DNA of 64,000 nt from a virus (Duplodnaviria > Caudoviricetes), in the IMG/VR virus record IMGVR_UViG_3300042525_000901, positions 1,708 to 65,707 of that record. One strand, written 5' to 3'. Below, piece after piece: positions 45,172 to 54,892 of the stretch. The position numbers were made by a program, and so were the translations under genes. Position 1 is the first letter of the stretch, and every line of letters starts with the position of its first letter. The notes under the pieces are model-generated. The model did no database searches. It had not been told where the DNA came from and saw only the letters and a list, made by a program, of their open reading frames with translations.

Positions 45172-45271
45172 AAAAACGTTAGACAGCTTGAGGCGTAAGC
45201 AGCGCAGCCATTTTAGCTTTGTGCCACGTGAACCACTTACCCTTATATAAAGGTATATACGTGTCATGGCA
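45172..45271 (-). repeat. dispersed palindromic element, copy 6 (diverged)
   Basis: TGCCACGTGAACCACTTACCCTTATATAAAGGTATATACGTGTCATGGCA at 45222-45271, between divergent protease and portal genes. Confidence 0.85.
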
Positions 45272-45303
45272 GAAAACCACTCCGGATCAAAAGGACTAAG
45301 ACC

Positions 45304-46518
45304 GTGCCGATTTCCCGATCGTGGGCGAACCTATTCAAGAAAATCGCGAATCGAATTCGGGGCGCAAAACCGAGCAATATTGATCCGCCCGGAACACAGC
45401 GACCTGCGCGGAAGGAACGTTGGCACGATACGACGGTTCCGTCCGGGCGGGATTACGATAACGAAATTGACGACATTCCGGTGCGGTCGCCGGACTACGC
45501 GATCGCCGTGATGGACTTGTGCCGCAATTGTCCCGAGGCGGCAGCGGCGATCGATACAATCGTCCACGCAACCTTGACCGATCCGACTGGTGATGAGGTC
45601 GGCTTCACCGCTACCGCTGACGAGGGATACAGCAACATCCAAGCAATCCTGGATCGGGTCATGAATGACGCTGTGGGTGGCCTTAAGTCACAGCAAGCAC
45701 TGTTTGACCTGCTAGAGGGTGGTAACGCCTTTGCGACGCCATTATTAGAGGTTGCACCAAACGAGACGGGCTACCGATTGCGCGGCCTATCGTTTCGGCC
45801 ACCGTGGGAGATGTTCCGGATTGAGGATAAGCACGGGAACTTGCAGGGCTTTGAGCAGCGAGCTTATACGCACGACACCGACGCGGAATTCTACCACCCG
45901 CTTGCCTGCATTCATTGGCGGTTCCGTCAACGCAAGCTTTATGGGCGATCGCTCTTCCACGAATCGATCCAAGATTGGGCAGATCTAAAAGAAGTGAAAA
46001 CAGACTTGATTCGAGGCGCTAGAGCGGTCGGCCTGAATCCGATGGTTCACACGATGCCAGAGGGTTCTGGATCGTTTTACCGTGAAGAGTACCAAAAAGC
46101 GCACCAGGCCAGCTTACGGACGGGTGCGGTCGCTCATATCTACCTCGATTACGGCGCGACGGTTGGGCGGGTAAACACGTCCGACCCAGACCTTGAGGCG
46201 CTGCAATCGACGATGGAGATTTTGCAACGACGAATCATCCTCAAGTCGCACGTGCCTCCGTACTTGATGGGAATGATGCAAGCAGGAGCGCAGGATCTTG
46301 CGACCCAACCCGCCCACCAATTCGCCCGCTTTATCTCAAATTTGCGAATGTGTTTTTCGCAGGGCATCCGGCAGGCGATCGATCTTGAGTTGGCGCTACA
46401 CGGAGTACCGCGTGAGCAATGGAAATATCAGCTACAGTTTCCAAAGACGGTGATCAACCCGTACGAACCGCAGAGCGATCTCAATAATCCTCAGCTACTC
46501 GACACGCAGCCGGATTAG
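45304..46518 (+). CDS. portal protein
   Basis: PEAAAAIDTIV, GNAF, CIHWR....YGRSL, HVPPYLMG portal motifs. Confidence 0.85.
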   Translation: MPISRSWANLFKKIANRIRGAKPSNIDPPGTQRPARKERWHDTTVPSGRDYDNEIDDIPVRSPDYAIAVMDLCRNCPEAAAAIDTIVHATLTDPTGDEVGFTATADEGYSNIQAILDRVMNDAVGGLKSQQALFDLLEGGNAFATPLLEVAPNETGYRLRGLSFRPPWEMFRIEDKHGNLQGFEQRAYTHDTDAEFYHPLACIHWRFRQRKLYGRSLFHESIQDWADLKEVKTDLIRGARAVGLNPMVHTMPEGSGSFYREEYQKAHQASLRTGAVAHIYLDYGATVGRVNTSDPDLEALQSTMEILQRRIILKSHVPPYLMGMMQAGAQDLATQPAHQFARFISNLRMCFSQGIRQAIDLELALHGVPREQWKYQLQFPKTVINPYEPQSDLNNPQLLDTQPD

Positions 46519-46814
46519 GGGTAGACTGGAATACAAAGGCACGAACAAACATTCGTGTGTGGTTCGCCTCTCTGACGTTCCCGGAAAGAAAAGACAGAGA
46601 GGCTAAGTTATAAAATTCGACTCGCTCCTGCGTTGCCCGAGACACTTGCTCTCAGGTTTTGACGTTTCAGGGGCGTTTCGACTTTTAGGCATTTTTGTCA
46701 GTATCACGTATGATTGACGCATCTCAAAGAGAACCCCGATCGCTCGACCCCAAGTCACAGGATCGCCGGAACCCGCCCCGAATTCGTTCGGGGTTTGCCG
46801 TGTAGGGAGACAGT

Positions 46815-47030
46815 ATGGAAACGCCTGGACATTACCAACACTCACGCTCAACACCGTTCGAGACCTTCCTGAATCACTACGGCGCTGATGCAACGATCGC
46901 CGCGTGCCGATTTAATGTATGGAAATACCTAGACCGATTTCAGCACAAAGGGACGCCGATCGAAGATCTCAAAAAGGCTCGCCACTACATCGACTTGCTC
47001 ATTCAAATCACCGAAAATAATGGCGACTGA
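46815..47030 (+). CDS. DUF3310 (T7 gp1.7-like) protein
   Basis: P.HY...NVWKYLDR..HKG..IEDLKKARHYID. Confidence 0.85.
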   Translation: METPGHYQHSRSTPFETFLNHYGADATIAACRFNVWKYLDRFQHKGTPIEDLKKARHYIDLLIQITENNGD

Positions 47031-47301
47031 TCTGATGACGACTGCGTTAAGCGTGAGTGTGCCGCTTTACATTCAGCGTTTTTGCGATCGCGGTTACCCA
47101 CCCACGCCGAGCGAAATCAGCCGAGTGCAAGATGAAGTATTGCCGATTATCATGGCGGCAGATAGCGAGCTGATGTACAAATCTAAAAGCACACCGTCGG
47201 GACGTATCGCTAACAACTTCAACCGCTTGGCCGAGGCGATCGCAATTCTTGCTCATCAACCGGGCGGAATCCATATCTTTGATCACCACTGGCAGGCATG
47301 A
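47020..47301 (+). CDS. hypothetical protein
   Basis: operonic ORF. Confidence 0.6.
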   Translation: MATDLMTTALSVSVPLYIQRFCDRGYPPTPSEISRVQDEVLPIIMAADSELMYKSKSTPSGRIANNFNRLAEAIAILAHQPGGIHIFDHHWQA

Positions 47302-47302
47302 A

Positions 47303-47479
47303 ATGATACTCCCAAAACTTGACCTAACGTTGAGCATTGAAACTCAGCTCATGGTCGAACAGCAAAAACGCCAAATTGAGAATGCCGACCCGGAAGCCCT
47401 GCGAGAAATTTGCAAGTCACTGGTCATTCAAAACGCCACGCTGATGACCGCAGTTCGATCGTTGATGAAACCGGATTGA
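47303..47479 (+). CDS. NblA-like phycobilisome degradation protein
   Basis: 58 aa; LTLSIETQL....KRQIE..D.EALRE....L..QN......VRSLMK two-helix pattern of NblA. Confidence 0.6.
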   Translation: MILPKLDLTLSIETQLMVEQQKRQIENADPEALREICKSLVIQNATLMTAVRSLMKPD

Positions 47480-47484
47480 ACAGC

Positions 47485-47520
47485 ACCAAAAAGCCCGCCA
47501 ATTACGACGGGCTTTTTGGT
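47485..47520. terminator. bidirectional terminator
   Basis: ACCAAAAAGCCCG-N10-CGGGCTTTTTGGT between convergent genes. Confidence 0.8.
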
Positions 47521-47522
47521 GG

Positions 47523-47924
47523 TTATAGGTTAAACAATGAGAGCTGTTCTTTTTGTCCTGCGGTGCGTTTTAGCGCTTCATCAGCTTGGCGTTTTGCTTT
47601 GCTTTGGCGCTGTTTGATTTCCTTTTGTCTGGCTTCTAAGTTTTTTCGCTCAATCGTCCAACGCTTTTCAATCGCTTTGTCTAAATCAGGGTATCGTTTA
47701 GCCAGAAAGCTTGGGATGCCAAACAGGGCAAAACCTAGCTGAGTTCGTCGTGTTGGGTAGTCGAGTCCTTCCCAATGCATTCCGACGTTCATTCCCGCCT
47801 GACTTCTTATCATCAGTGTCCCCGATTCCTCAAGCGATACGTTCATCCCGAGGGATGAAAGTTTATCAAGTATTTCGCCGCTTTCTTCCGTGAAGATTAG
47901 GTCGAGAAATTCGTCTTGTGTCAT
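47523..47924 (-). CDS. hypothetical protein with C-terminal clamp-binding-like motif
   Basis: ends EQLSLFNL. Confidence 0.65.
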   Translation of the reverse strand: MTQDEFLDLIFTEESGEILDKLSSLGMNVSLEESGTLMIRSQAGMNVGMHWEGLDYPTRRTQLGFALFGIPSFLAKRYPDLDKAIEKRWTIERKNLEARQKEIKQRQSKAKRQADEALKRTAGQKEQLSLFNL

Positions 47925-47925
47925 G

Positions 47926-48126
47926 CTAGTACATCGCCTGTAGCACGCGCTCGGCTACCTCCGGATCATTCCCAAGACAATCGCCTTCGTCGTGAAAATA
48001 GCGCGGTTCCTCAGGTATTGCCCAGAATGCTTTCCCGCGTTTTTCAATAATGAAGGGCATATGATCGGGTTTGTCCGCTGCGAGCTGATCCGCGATCGCC
48101 TGTAGCTGTTCTAATTGGCTTGTCAT
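47926..48126 (-). CDS. hypothetical protein
   Basis: coupled to nrdB stop. Confidence 0.5.
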   Translation of the reverse strand: MTSQLEQLQAIADQLAADKPDHMPFIIEKRGKAFWAIPEEPRYFHDEGDCLGNDPEVAERVLQAMY

Positions 48127-49160
48127 TAAATTTCGTCCCATCCTGTGACGCTGCTGCTCATCATGTAGCTGGTAACTTGTGCCTCAAAAAAGTTCGCTTT
48201 GGTTGACCCGTCGGCCTTCGTGTCTGCGAATTTTTCGAGATGAGAATACGGGTTTTTGGTGAACACCTCATCAGCGTAAAGCGGCTGTAGCCCGATCGCC
48301 CGTAGCCGTTGGTTTGCTAAGTACTTGGTGTATTGTTCCGTGCTTTCTGATGTGATACCGAGAATGTCGTCTCCGATAATGTGGTTCGACCACAAGCATT
48401 CGTGTTGCACCGCAGCATCAAACATTTCGTAAACGCGATCAACCGAATGAGTGAATGTTTGCATCGCCTCCGGGAGCATTTTCTGATACAGCCGAACGTG
48501 ACTCAATTCGTCACGATTGATCATCTTAAAAATGTCGGCACTCCCTGGCATAAGCTGACGACTTGCCAGGTTGTAGTAAAAGCAAAATCCATTGTAGAAG
48601 TACAAGCCTTCTAGCAAGTAGTCCGCTACCAAAGCAGTAAAGTAATTCTCTTGCGTTGGGCTGTCAATGTACGCTTGGTACATCCCCGCAATAAACTTGC
48701 ATCGATCGCGCAATACCGTATCTGTCCGCCAAAAGTCGTAAACATTTGATCGGCGATCGGAAGGAACGATCGTTTCAATCATGTACTGATATGACTGATT
48801 ATGCATCCCCTCTTGGCTGATTTGTTCTGCCATACACAGCGAAACTTCGGGAGCAGTAACGCTACTTTTAAGATGAGGAATGTTGCAAGTTTGAACTGAA
48901 TCGAGAAACGTTAGGTAGCTAAGAATCCCGTCAAATGCACGGCGTTCTTTCGGCGTCAGATTGACGTAATCCGTCACGTCCGAGGTTAGGTCAAGCTTTT
49001 CGGGAATCCAAAAGTTCTGACGCATTTGCTTGTACAGCCCGACCGCCCAATTGTATCGAACATCGTTGAGCTGCATTAGGTTTGTTGTTTCACCAAACCA
49101 GATTGTTCGGTGAATTGTATCGTCGTTTCCGTCTGGGTTGAAAATGAGATTGGGATGCAT
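48126..49160 (-). CDS. nrdB: class I ribonucleotide reductase beta (R2) subunit
   Basis: NFWIPE, LTFLDSVQ, QEGMHNQSY, LEGLYFY.GF, NRDELSH, NFFE. Confidence 0.95.
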   Translation of the reverse strand: MHPNLIFNPDGNDDTIHRTIWFGETTNLMQLNDVRYNWAVGLYKQMRQNFWIPEKLDLTSDVTDYVNLTPKERRAFDGILSYLTFLDSVQTCNIPHLKSSVTAPEVSLCMAEQISQEGMHNQSYQYMIETIVPSDRRSNVYDFWRTDTVLRDRCKFIAGMYQAYIDSPTQENYFTALVADYLLEGLYFYNGFCFYYNLASRQLMPGSADIFKMINRDELSHVRLYQKMLPEAMQTFTHSVDRVYEMFDAAVQHECLWSNHIIGDDILGITSESTEQYTKYLANQRLRAIGLQPLYADEVFTKNPYSHLEKFADTKADGSTKANFFEAQVTSYMMSSSVTGWDEI

Positions 49161-49214
49161 TGATTCAATCATTAAACTTCTGGGGAATGAGTGTGTACCT
49201 GCCAGACTTGTTGC

Positions 49215-49796
49215 TTAGGATATTTTCTGCCAACGATAACCCGCACATTTGTAGCCATACCGAAAGCTTCTCGCTAATGTTGATTTATGAACATAAACAT
49301 CTTTGGCCGCCTCCGCAATGGTTGGGTACACTTTTCCTGTGTCCAAGTTCTTTACGGGAGTTCTGCGAGGGGACTGATCTAAGACGTATTGCACGTAATT
49401 TTCGCCCAAAAAAGCTGCGACAGCTTCTCGGTCTGCTCCGCACAGCAGAAAAGGATTTCGCTTCGCCACTCTGCGAACTGCTGTTGTTGAAACGCCCTTG
49501 TCATAGCCCAGCTCTGCTCGGGATGTGTAGCGCTGCAATGCGTGGTAAGCCTGGTTTCGGCTTACCCCAAGAATTCGCGACCACTGAGCGACGGAAAACC
49601 GATCAATCTGCGGACACACAACACGGACATCCTCAGCTTTTGAGACTACCTGAGTGAGCGTCCGATCGTGCCCATCGCGATCGGGGTTTTTCTTTTGCCA
49701 TTGCAGAAACAATCTCACGGCCTCCTGCGTGCCGTGGTAGCACACAAGGTCGTATATTTTATCCACCTCATCGGCTGTCCAACGCTTTCGAGCCAT
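49215..49796 (-). CDS. DNA-binding protein with C-terminal NUMOD1/IENR1-like domain
   Basis: VKNLDTGKVYPTIAEAAK...KCAGYRW. Confidence 0.7.
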   Translation of the reverse strand: MARKRWTADEVDKIYDLVCYHGTQEAVRLFLQWQKKNPDRDGHDRTLTQVVSKAEDVRVVCPQIDRFSVAQWSRILGVSRNQAYHALQRYTSRAELGYDKGVSTTAVRRVAKRNPFLLCGADREAVAAFLGENYVQYVLDQSPRRTPVKNLDTGKVYPTIAEAAKDVYVHKSTLARSFRYGYKCAGYRWQKIS

Positions 49797-49969
49797 CCTG
49801 CTTAACCCCAAAAGGGCGAAATATACACAACAAACACATTGTACGTTAATGCGCGTCGGGAGTGCTGAAATAAGTGCTGGACGTTGCCGTAGTTGAGTTG
49901 TGATGACAGGTCAAAGCATTCCAGGCGATTGCGTCAATATATAGATATCAAACATTTCAACGTGAGTAG

Positions 49970-51883
49970 ATGACAGCACGTAACGTATTGAGTGAGCTTC
50001 GATCGCTCTACGCAGACGCGGCGAAAAGCGCGGAAACCCCGATCGCCGATTCAAGCGCTGTGGCCGAAGCTCGGCTCAGTGCCATGTCTGTCGAAGCTCC
50101 TGCTTCCCCCCAACCTTTAACGCATTCGGATACCGTAATGGCAAAAGAACCGACAGCACCCCAGGCCGAAGCGGTCGATCCGGGTGCGACAACTGAACCA
50201 CTGAAGCACGACGCGCCTAGCGGCCTCGATACCGCTAATGATGACGAGATCGTCGTCAGCGCTGAGAACCTGCAAGCGATGGTGAACCTCAAAGCCTCGC
50301 AAGCGTTGGCATCGCACAAAGCCCAGATGGATGCTGAGAAAGAACGAATCGAGCGCGAAAAACAGGAGGCGATCAAAGCCGCTGAGTCGCTGTCTCACGC
50401 TGTTACCGAAGCCGAGAAACGCGCGGCAAAAGCTGAGAAAAACGCAATGCAACTCGGTCGCGTGTTTGAGGCCATGTCGCACGGTCAAGGCGTGCCGATC
50501 GGTGCGCTTGGACATGGGTTCGTTCCTGATGGTCACGGCCCCGTGATCAAAACCGATTCAGTCCCGGCCTACCATGCCGACGGTTTGGCTCGCGATTTCA
50601 AAAACCTGTTTGAGAACTCTCGAACGGTGATGGTTCCTGATCGCCTCTCGAACCGCACCTATTCCACTCGTGATACCGCCCAGCTTCGTGAATTTGTCAG
50701 CACGACCGATCGCCACGCCCTCCGCTTGGGAATGGAGAAGATGATGGCTCGTGACGGCTTGCTGACCGGCGGTGCTCGCAAGCATGACATTACCGCCCCG
50801 GTTGACGTTCCTCACCTTTATCGCGAGTTCATCTCGTCTGAGCTGCGTGAAACGTTTAACCCGCAACGAATCTTTCACCAGTTCGTCAAGCCGTACTCGC
50901 GACCTGACGCCGCCCCCGGCCAAACGGTAACGATTCCACGTATCCATCGCACGACCGCTGCTACAACCGCCTCGGCATGGAAGGCGACCTATCGCGGCGC
51001 GGTCAACACAAACCGTCAGCCGATCGAATCATCTAGCGTCATCATCCCGATCGAGATGTGGATGATGGGTACGGAGAACGTAGCCCCGATCGCCGTTTCC
51101 GAATTCGTGTTTGCCTCGTCGCTGACCGAGCTGTTGTCGGCAGTGAACGAAAACCTCAATCACAACTACCGTGATTGGGAAGACATGGTGATTCGTGAGA
51201 TTTACTTTAGCTCCACTCGTAAGCTGTACAGCAATGACGGCGCGGTTGTGGATGCACCGGGCAGCGTGACCGCCGGTGGCACATTCACTTACGAGTTCCT
51301 GGTCAATCTGTGCGCTCGCATGGCAGAGGAGGGCGTGCCTCCGTACACCGCTGATGGTAAGTACATCCTCTGGGTGTCTCCGAAGCAGTTGGCGCAACTG
51401 AAGCTTTCGATCCAAGAAAGCCGCGCACCGAAGGATGACGTAGACATCAAAGCTCTGAGCGAGATGCTCATGCCGTCGATGAGCCTACCGAACCAGTACA
51501 CGCTGTCGGGTTACTCCGGTTCGTTCGCTGGTTTCCACATCTTCTCGTCTAACGCGGTTGGCGTTGCTGATTCCGGCACGGCTGGCGATATTGCAGTTCA
51601 AACTGAAACGACCGGCGCTGGCGCGAAACTCACCCGATCAGCGTTGGCCTTTGGTGGCGCTCCGGTTGGCAAAGTTGATGCCATGCCGTTCGAGATTGTT
51701 GAAGACGACTACCACCGCTTCAATAGCGAGCGTTCCTACATCTGGCGTTCTGCGTGCGGTGTTGCCGGTATCGACGTTGACCCCATCCGCACCCCGATCG
51801 CGGAAACCGAAGGCACTACGAGCCGCGCATCTGAGCAAGTAGGCGTTTACCGCGTCCATACCACCGACCTACCCGTCGCATAG
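49970..51883 (+). CDS. major capsid protein with N-terminal scaffold-like region
   Basis: coiled-coil N-third; IFHQFV...GQTVTIPR, YILWVSPKQLAQL, GSFAGFHIF HK97-fold-like pattern; upstream of sheath. Confidence 0.8.
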   Translation: MTARNVLSELRSLYADAAKSAETPIADSSAVAEARLSAMSVEAPASPQPLTHSDTVMAKEPTAPQAEAVDPGATTEPLKHDAPSGLDTANDDEIVVSAENLQAMVNLKASQALASHKAQMDAEKERIEREKQEAIKAAESLSHAVTEAEKRAAKAEKNAMQLGRVFEAMSHGQGVPIGALGHGFVPDGHGPVIKTDSVPAYHADGLARDFKNLFENSRTVMVPDRLSNRTYSTRDTAQLREFVSTTDRHALRLGMEKMMARDGLLTGGARKHDITAPVDVPHLYREFISSELRETFNPQRIFHQFVKPYSRPDAAPGQTVTIPRIHRTTAATTASAWKATYRGAVNTNRQPIESSSVIIPIEMWMMGTENVAPIAVSEFVFASSLTELLSAVNENLNHNYRDWEDMVIREIYFSSTRKLYSNDGAVVDAPGSVTAGGTFTYEFLVNLCARMAEEGVPPYTADGKYILWVSPKQLAQLKLSIQESRAPKDDVDIKALSEMLMPSMSLPNQYTLSGYSGSFAGFHIFSSNAVGVADSGTAGDIAVQTETTGAGAKLTRSALAFGGAPVGKVDAMPFEIVEDDYHRFNSERSYIWRSACGVAGIDVDPIRTPIAETEGTTSRASEQVGVYRVHTTDLPVA

Positions 51884-51886
51884 GCC

Positions 51887-52243
51887 ATGACTTACACCCG
51901 AACCGAACTAGCCAATATGAGCGCTAACGAGGTTCGGGAACTAGCGTTAATGCTTGACCTTGAGTACGTCAACAAGACGGAAGCGATCGAACTGATCCTT
52001 GCGTCAGAATCGACGGAGCCAACAGAAGATCCGCTAGTTCTCGAACCCGAGCCAATCCCAAACTCCGAGCCCGCTTGCGAAATCAAGCCGGTTGCCTCGC
52101 AGTCACAATACCCTACGGAACTCCTGATCCGACTAGGTCAGCCGCTTTGCCGTACTTGTGGCGCTCCGAAGGCGACCGATCGCTACGGCCAAATCGTTTG
52201 CGCGGCTGGAAATTCCGACACGTCCCAATGTCTCTTTAAGTAG
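51887..52243 (+). CDS. hypothetical protein (HEH/Rho-N-like N-terminus, Zn finger)
   Basis: ELANMSANEVRELA...KTEAIELI; CRTC...C...C. Confidence 0.6.
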   Translation: MTYTRTELANMSANEVRELALMLDLEYVNKTEAIELILASESTEPTEDPLVLEPEPIPNSEPACEIKPVASQSQYPTELLIRLGQPLCRTCGAPKATDRYGQIVCAAGNSDTSQCLFK

Positions 52244-52249
52244 AACCTC

Positions 52250-53761
52250 ATGGCAGTCTCTATTACATTTGGCAAGCCGCCCGGTGTCTACGTCAGTGAA
52301 GGCGCTAGCGGTTTAATTCCCTCCGAATTTGCACGACAAGACCGGCTCTATCTTCTCGGTAGCGGCGCTGGCCCGATCGACGAAGCCGACCCGGATTTGT
52401 TCGCAACCCCAACTCAGGTCGTCAGCCTTGACGACGCTCAAGCTCGCTTTGGTGTTGGCAGTGCCTCAACGACCGGGCTATCGATCGGGCTGATCTTCGA
52501 TATCTTCGCAGCGGCGATCGTTCAGTTTGTCCGCGTTCCCGTTGGTCAGACGATCACGGTGACACCGACTGAAATCCATAACGGTGGCGTTGTCACTATT
52601 ACGGTGTCTGGCGTTGTGTTCACCTATAACGTGAACACTGTTCACCATGCAAGCGTGTCGTCGTTCATCACTCAGCTTGTAGCAGCGATCAACGACGAAG
52701 GCAGTTCGATCAACGGGTTGGTTGTTGCTTACGGCGCAACCGCTACCGACTTCTCCCTGCGATGGGTTGACCCGTCCGCACCGGGAACCGTCACCATTAC
52801 GGCCACCGGCAACACGGAGATCACCGCCACTGTTGACGCAACAGCCTCAGCGCCTTCGCTAGCCGATTATCTCTGGACAATCGAGAACGCTTTTGATCGA
52901 GATGAGCATAGCCAAGGATTCCTAGCTGCCCCTGAAGCGTTCGCCACGCTAGAAGCGAGCGATCGCACAGCACTCCGAATCGCGATGGAAGCTCATTGTG
53001 CCGAGGAAGGTTTCGATTGGTGTGCGCTAATCGACGCAGGCGATACGGACATCGCGACGGCTGCGAGTGAATCGGCTGGTTATGCCTCACCCCAAGGTCA
53101 TAGCACCTTGCCGTTTTATCCGTACTTCGTCACCTTGTCCGGAGGCAATGTTCCGCAATCGGCGGCGGTTGCTGCTACCGCGTTTCGTCGGTGGCGTGAG
53201 CAAGGCTTCATCGAGCCGCCTGCTGGTGGTCAGTACCCCGTCCCGGTCGCCGGTCTCACCCGTCGCGTCACGTTTAACGAGTTCTCGGCTCATTACGAAT
53301 CGCTCAACGTTGCCCGCACCCTGCCGACGATCGGTACGGTGATCTACGGTTCCCGCACCCGCGCAACCGACCCGCGTTTCCTCTGGCTAAATGGCCGGAT
53401 CATCGCCAATACAATCATCGGCACGCTACGTCGTCCCGCGTTGTGGAACTCGGTTGTATTCAGCGCGATCGACGGACGTGGTGCGCTTTTCCTTCGCATC
53501 CGTCAGACGATCGAGAATCTGCTTTATCGTCTCTGGCAAGCGGGCGGGCTGTATGGCGCAAACCCATCAGCGGCATATCTCGTGAATGTCTCCGCATCGA
53601 ATAATCCCGATTTTGATATCCAGAATGGCGCGGTCAATGCTGACGTATATGTTGCGATTTCGCCCACGCTGGAAAAACTGGGAATCAACCTGATCCGCAC
53701 CGCGATCGGGCAAGTTCAGGCCGTTGCAGCATCTCTCGATACCAGTCGTTCTAACCTGTAG
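52250..53761 (+). CDS. tail sheath protein
   Basis: PPGVYVSE, LAAPE, YPY...VPQSAAVA...PPAG, IYGSRT, VFSAIDG. Confidence 0.93.
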   Translation: MAVSITFGKPPGVYVSEGASGLIPSEFARQDRLYLLGSGAGPIDEADPDLFATPTQVVSLDDAQARFGVGSASTTGLSIGLIFDIFAAAIVQFVRVPVGQTITVTPTEIHNGGVVTITVSGVVFTYNVNTVHHASVSSFITQLVAAINDEGSSINGLVVAYGATATDFSLRWVDPSAPGTVTITATGNTEITATVDATASAPSLADYLWTIENAFDRDEHSQGFLAAPEAFATLEASDRTALRIAMEAHCAEEGFDWCALIDAGDTDIATAASESAGYASPQGHSTLPFYPYFVTLSGGNVPQSAAVAATAFRRWREQGFIEPPAGGQYPVPVAGLTRRVTFNEFSAHYESLNVARTLPTIGTVIYGSRTRATDPRFLWLNGRIIANTIIGTLRRPALWNSVVFSAIDGRGALFLRIRQTIENLLYRLWQAGGLYGANPSAAYLVNVSASNNPDFDIQNGAVNADVYVAISPTLEKLGINLIRTAIGQVQAVAASLDTSRSNL

Positions 53762-53766
53762 CCACC

Positions 53767-54222
53767 ATGCCTAGACCCCAAAACGCACGAACCGAATCCA
53801 TGTTCGTTGTGACGATCTCCGGTATTCCGGGCTATGCCGAATACTGGCAAACCTGCGAAGGATTGGAAGACGAGGCCGACTCGGGAGACACCTACAGCGA
53901 CGGCCTGAATCGCACACTCAAGAATCTACCTGGCCCGCGCAAAGTAGCAAACTGTACGCTAACCAAAGCGTACGATCATGTTGCCGATCGCGCGGTGATG
54001 TCTTGGTACGATGTCTGGTGCGAAGGTGATGTCCCTCCGGTCACCGTCACGGTTCAGCCCGTCCGGTACTGCAACGAAGCACCCGAGCTTGACGGTGAAC
54101 CCATCGTCCTGCAAGGTTGCCGACCGACAAAGCTGACCCTCCCAAATATCGACAAAAAGTCATCGAACATCGCTATGCTGGGATTGGACTTGACCGTTGA
54201 GCGTATCCAGTTTCCCCGCTAA
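53767..54222 (+). CDS. tail tube protein
   Basis: follows sheath; CTLTK, CRPTK...DKKSSNIAM..L.LTVE. Confidence 0.85.
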   Translation: MPRPQNARTESMFVVTISGIPGYAEYWQTCEGLEDEADSGDTYSDGLNRTLKNLPGPRKVANCTLTKAYDHVADRAVMSWYDVWCEGDVPPVTVTVQPVRYCNEAPELDGEPIVLQGCRPTKLTLPNIDKKSSNIAMLGLDLTVERIQFPR

Positions 54223-54241
54223 TCTCACCCGATAACACAAG

Positions 54242-54700
54242 ATGCCCATTCAACCTTTACCGACTGCTGTTGCGCCTGAGAACGTCGCCATGAACGGCGC
54301 TCTTTCATGCGTAACCGAAATCCCGATCGCCACGGTGATCGCAGACGAGAAACGATACCGCCATTGCGAATTAGCTGATTGGTCGCACCTTGTCGAATTT
54401 AAGCTAGACGACCGATCGCGCACTCGCCCCAATTTGCTGCATAAGATTTGGTTCCGGGAGCTAACCGGGAAAGACTTCTTTGAGATGGCAAATGGCGACG
54501 GCAGCGCGATCGACAAAACCCAATTTGTGATCGCCCGCCTCGCCACTCGCTTTGAGGGGAACTTCCCTGATTTTGGCGAGGTCAACCCGAACGCCCCCAC
54601 TGAGTACGACATCAAGGGCATTCTGAATCGTATTCCGGCATGGCAAATCACGGCGATCTCAAAGGTCGTCGCGACGTTTCTTGACGCAGATTCCGAGTAA
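54242..54700 (+). CDS. tail assembly chaperone
   Basis: follows tube gene; FRELTGKD motif. Confidence 0.7.
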   Translation: MPIQPLPTAVAPENVAMNGALSCVTEIPIATVIADEKRYRHCELADWSHLVEFKLDDRSRTRPNLLHKIWFRELTGKDFFEMANGDGSAIDKTQFVIARLATRFEGNFPDFGEVNPNAPTEYDIKGILNRIPAWQITAISKVVATFLDADSE

Positions 54701-54860
54701 CTTTGACGAGCTGTTTTTCGCTCGCGCAACCTACGCTATGAACGGCGGTAGCTTTTGCGGATTGCGAGAATATGAATCGATGCCTGTGTCGAAATGGTTG
54801 CAGCTTTTGGGCATCCACAACGACGCGGTAGAAGAACAAAAACGGGCGGCTAAGGGATGA
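54681..54860 (+). CDS. second tail-chaperone reading frame (gpGT/E' part; not in ORF track)
   Basis: +1 frame: ...FDELFFARATYAMNGGSFCGLREYESMPVSKWLQLLGIHNDAVEEQKRAAKG*. Confidence 0.6.
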   Translation: MTQIPSNFDELFFARATYAMNGGSFCGLREYESMPVSKWLQLLGIHNDAVEEQKRAAKG

Positions 54861-54872
54861 GCCGCCCGTTTT
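54839..54872. terminator. bidirectional terminator
   Basis: AAAACGGGCGGCT-N8-AGCCGCCCGTTTT. Confidence 0.8.
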
Positions 54873-54892
54873 CTTGTGTTGAGATTTAGAGG

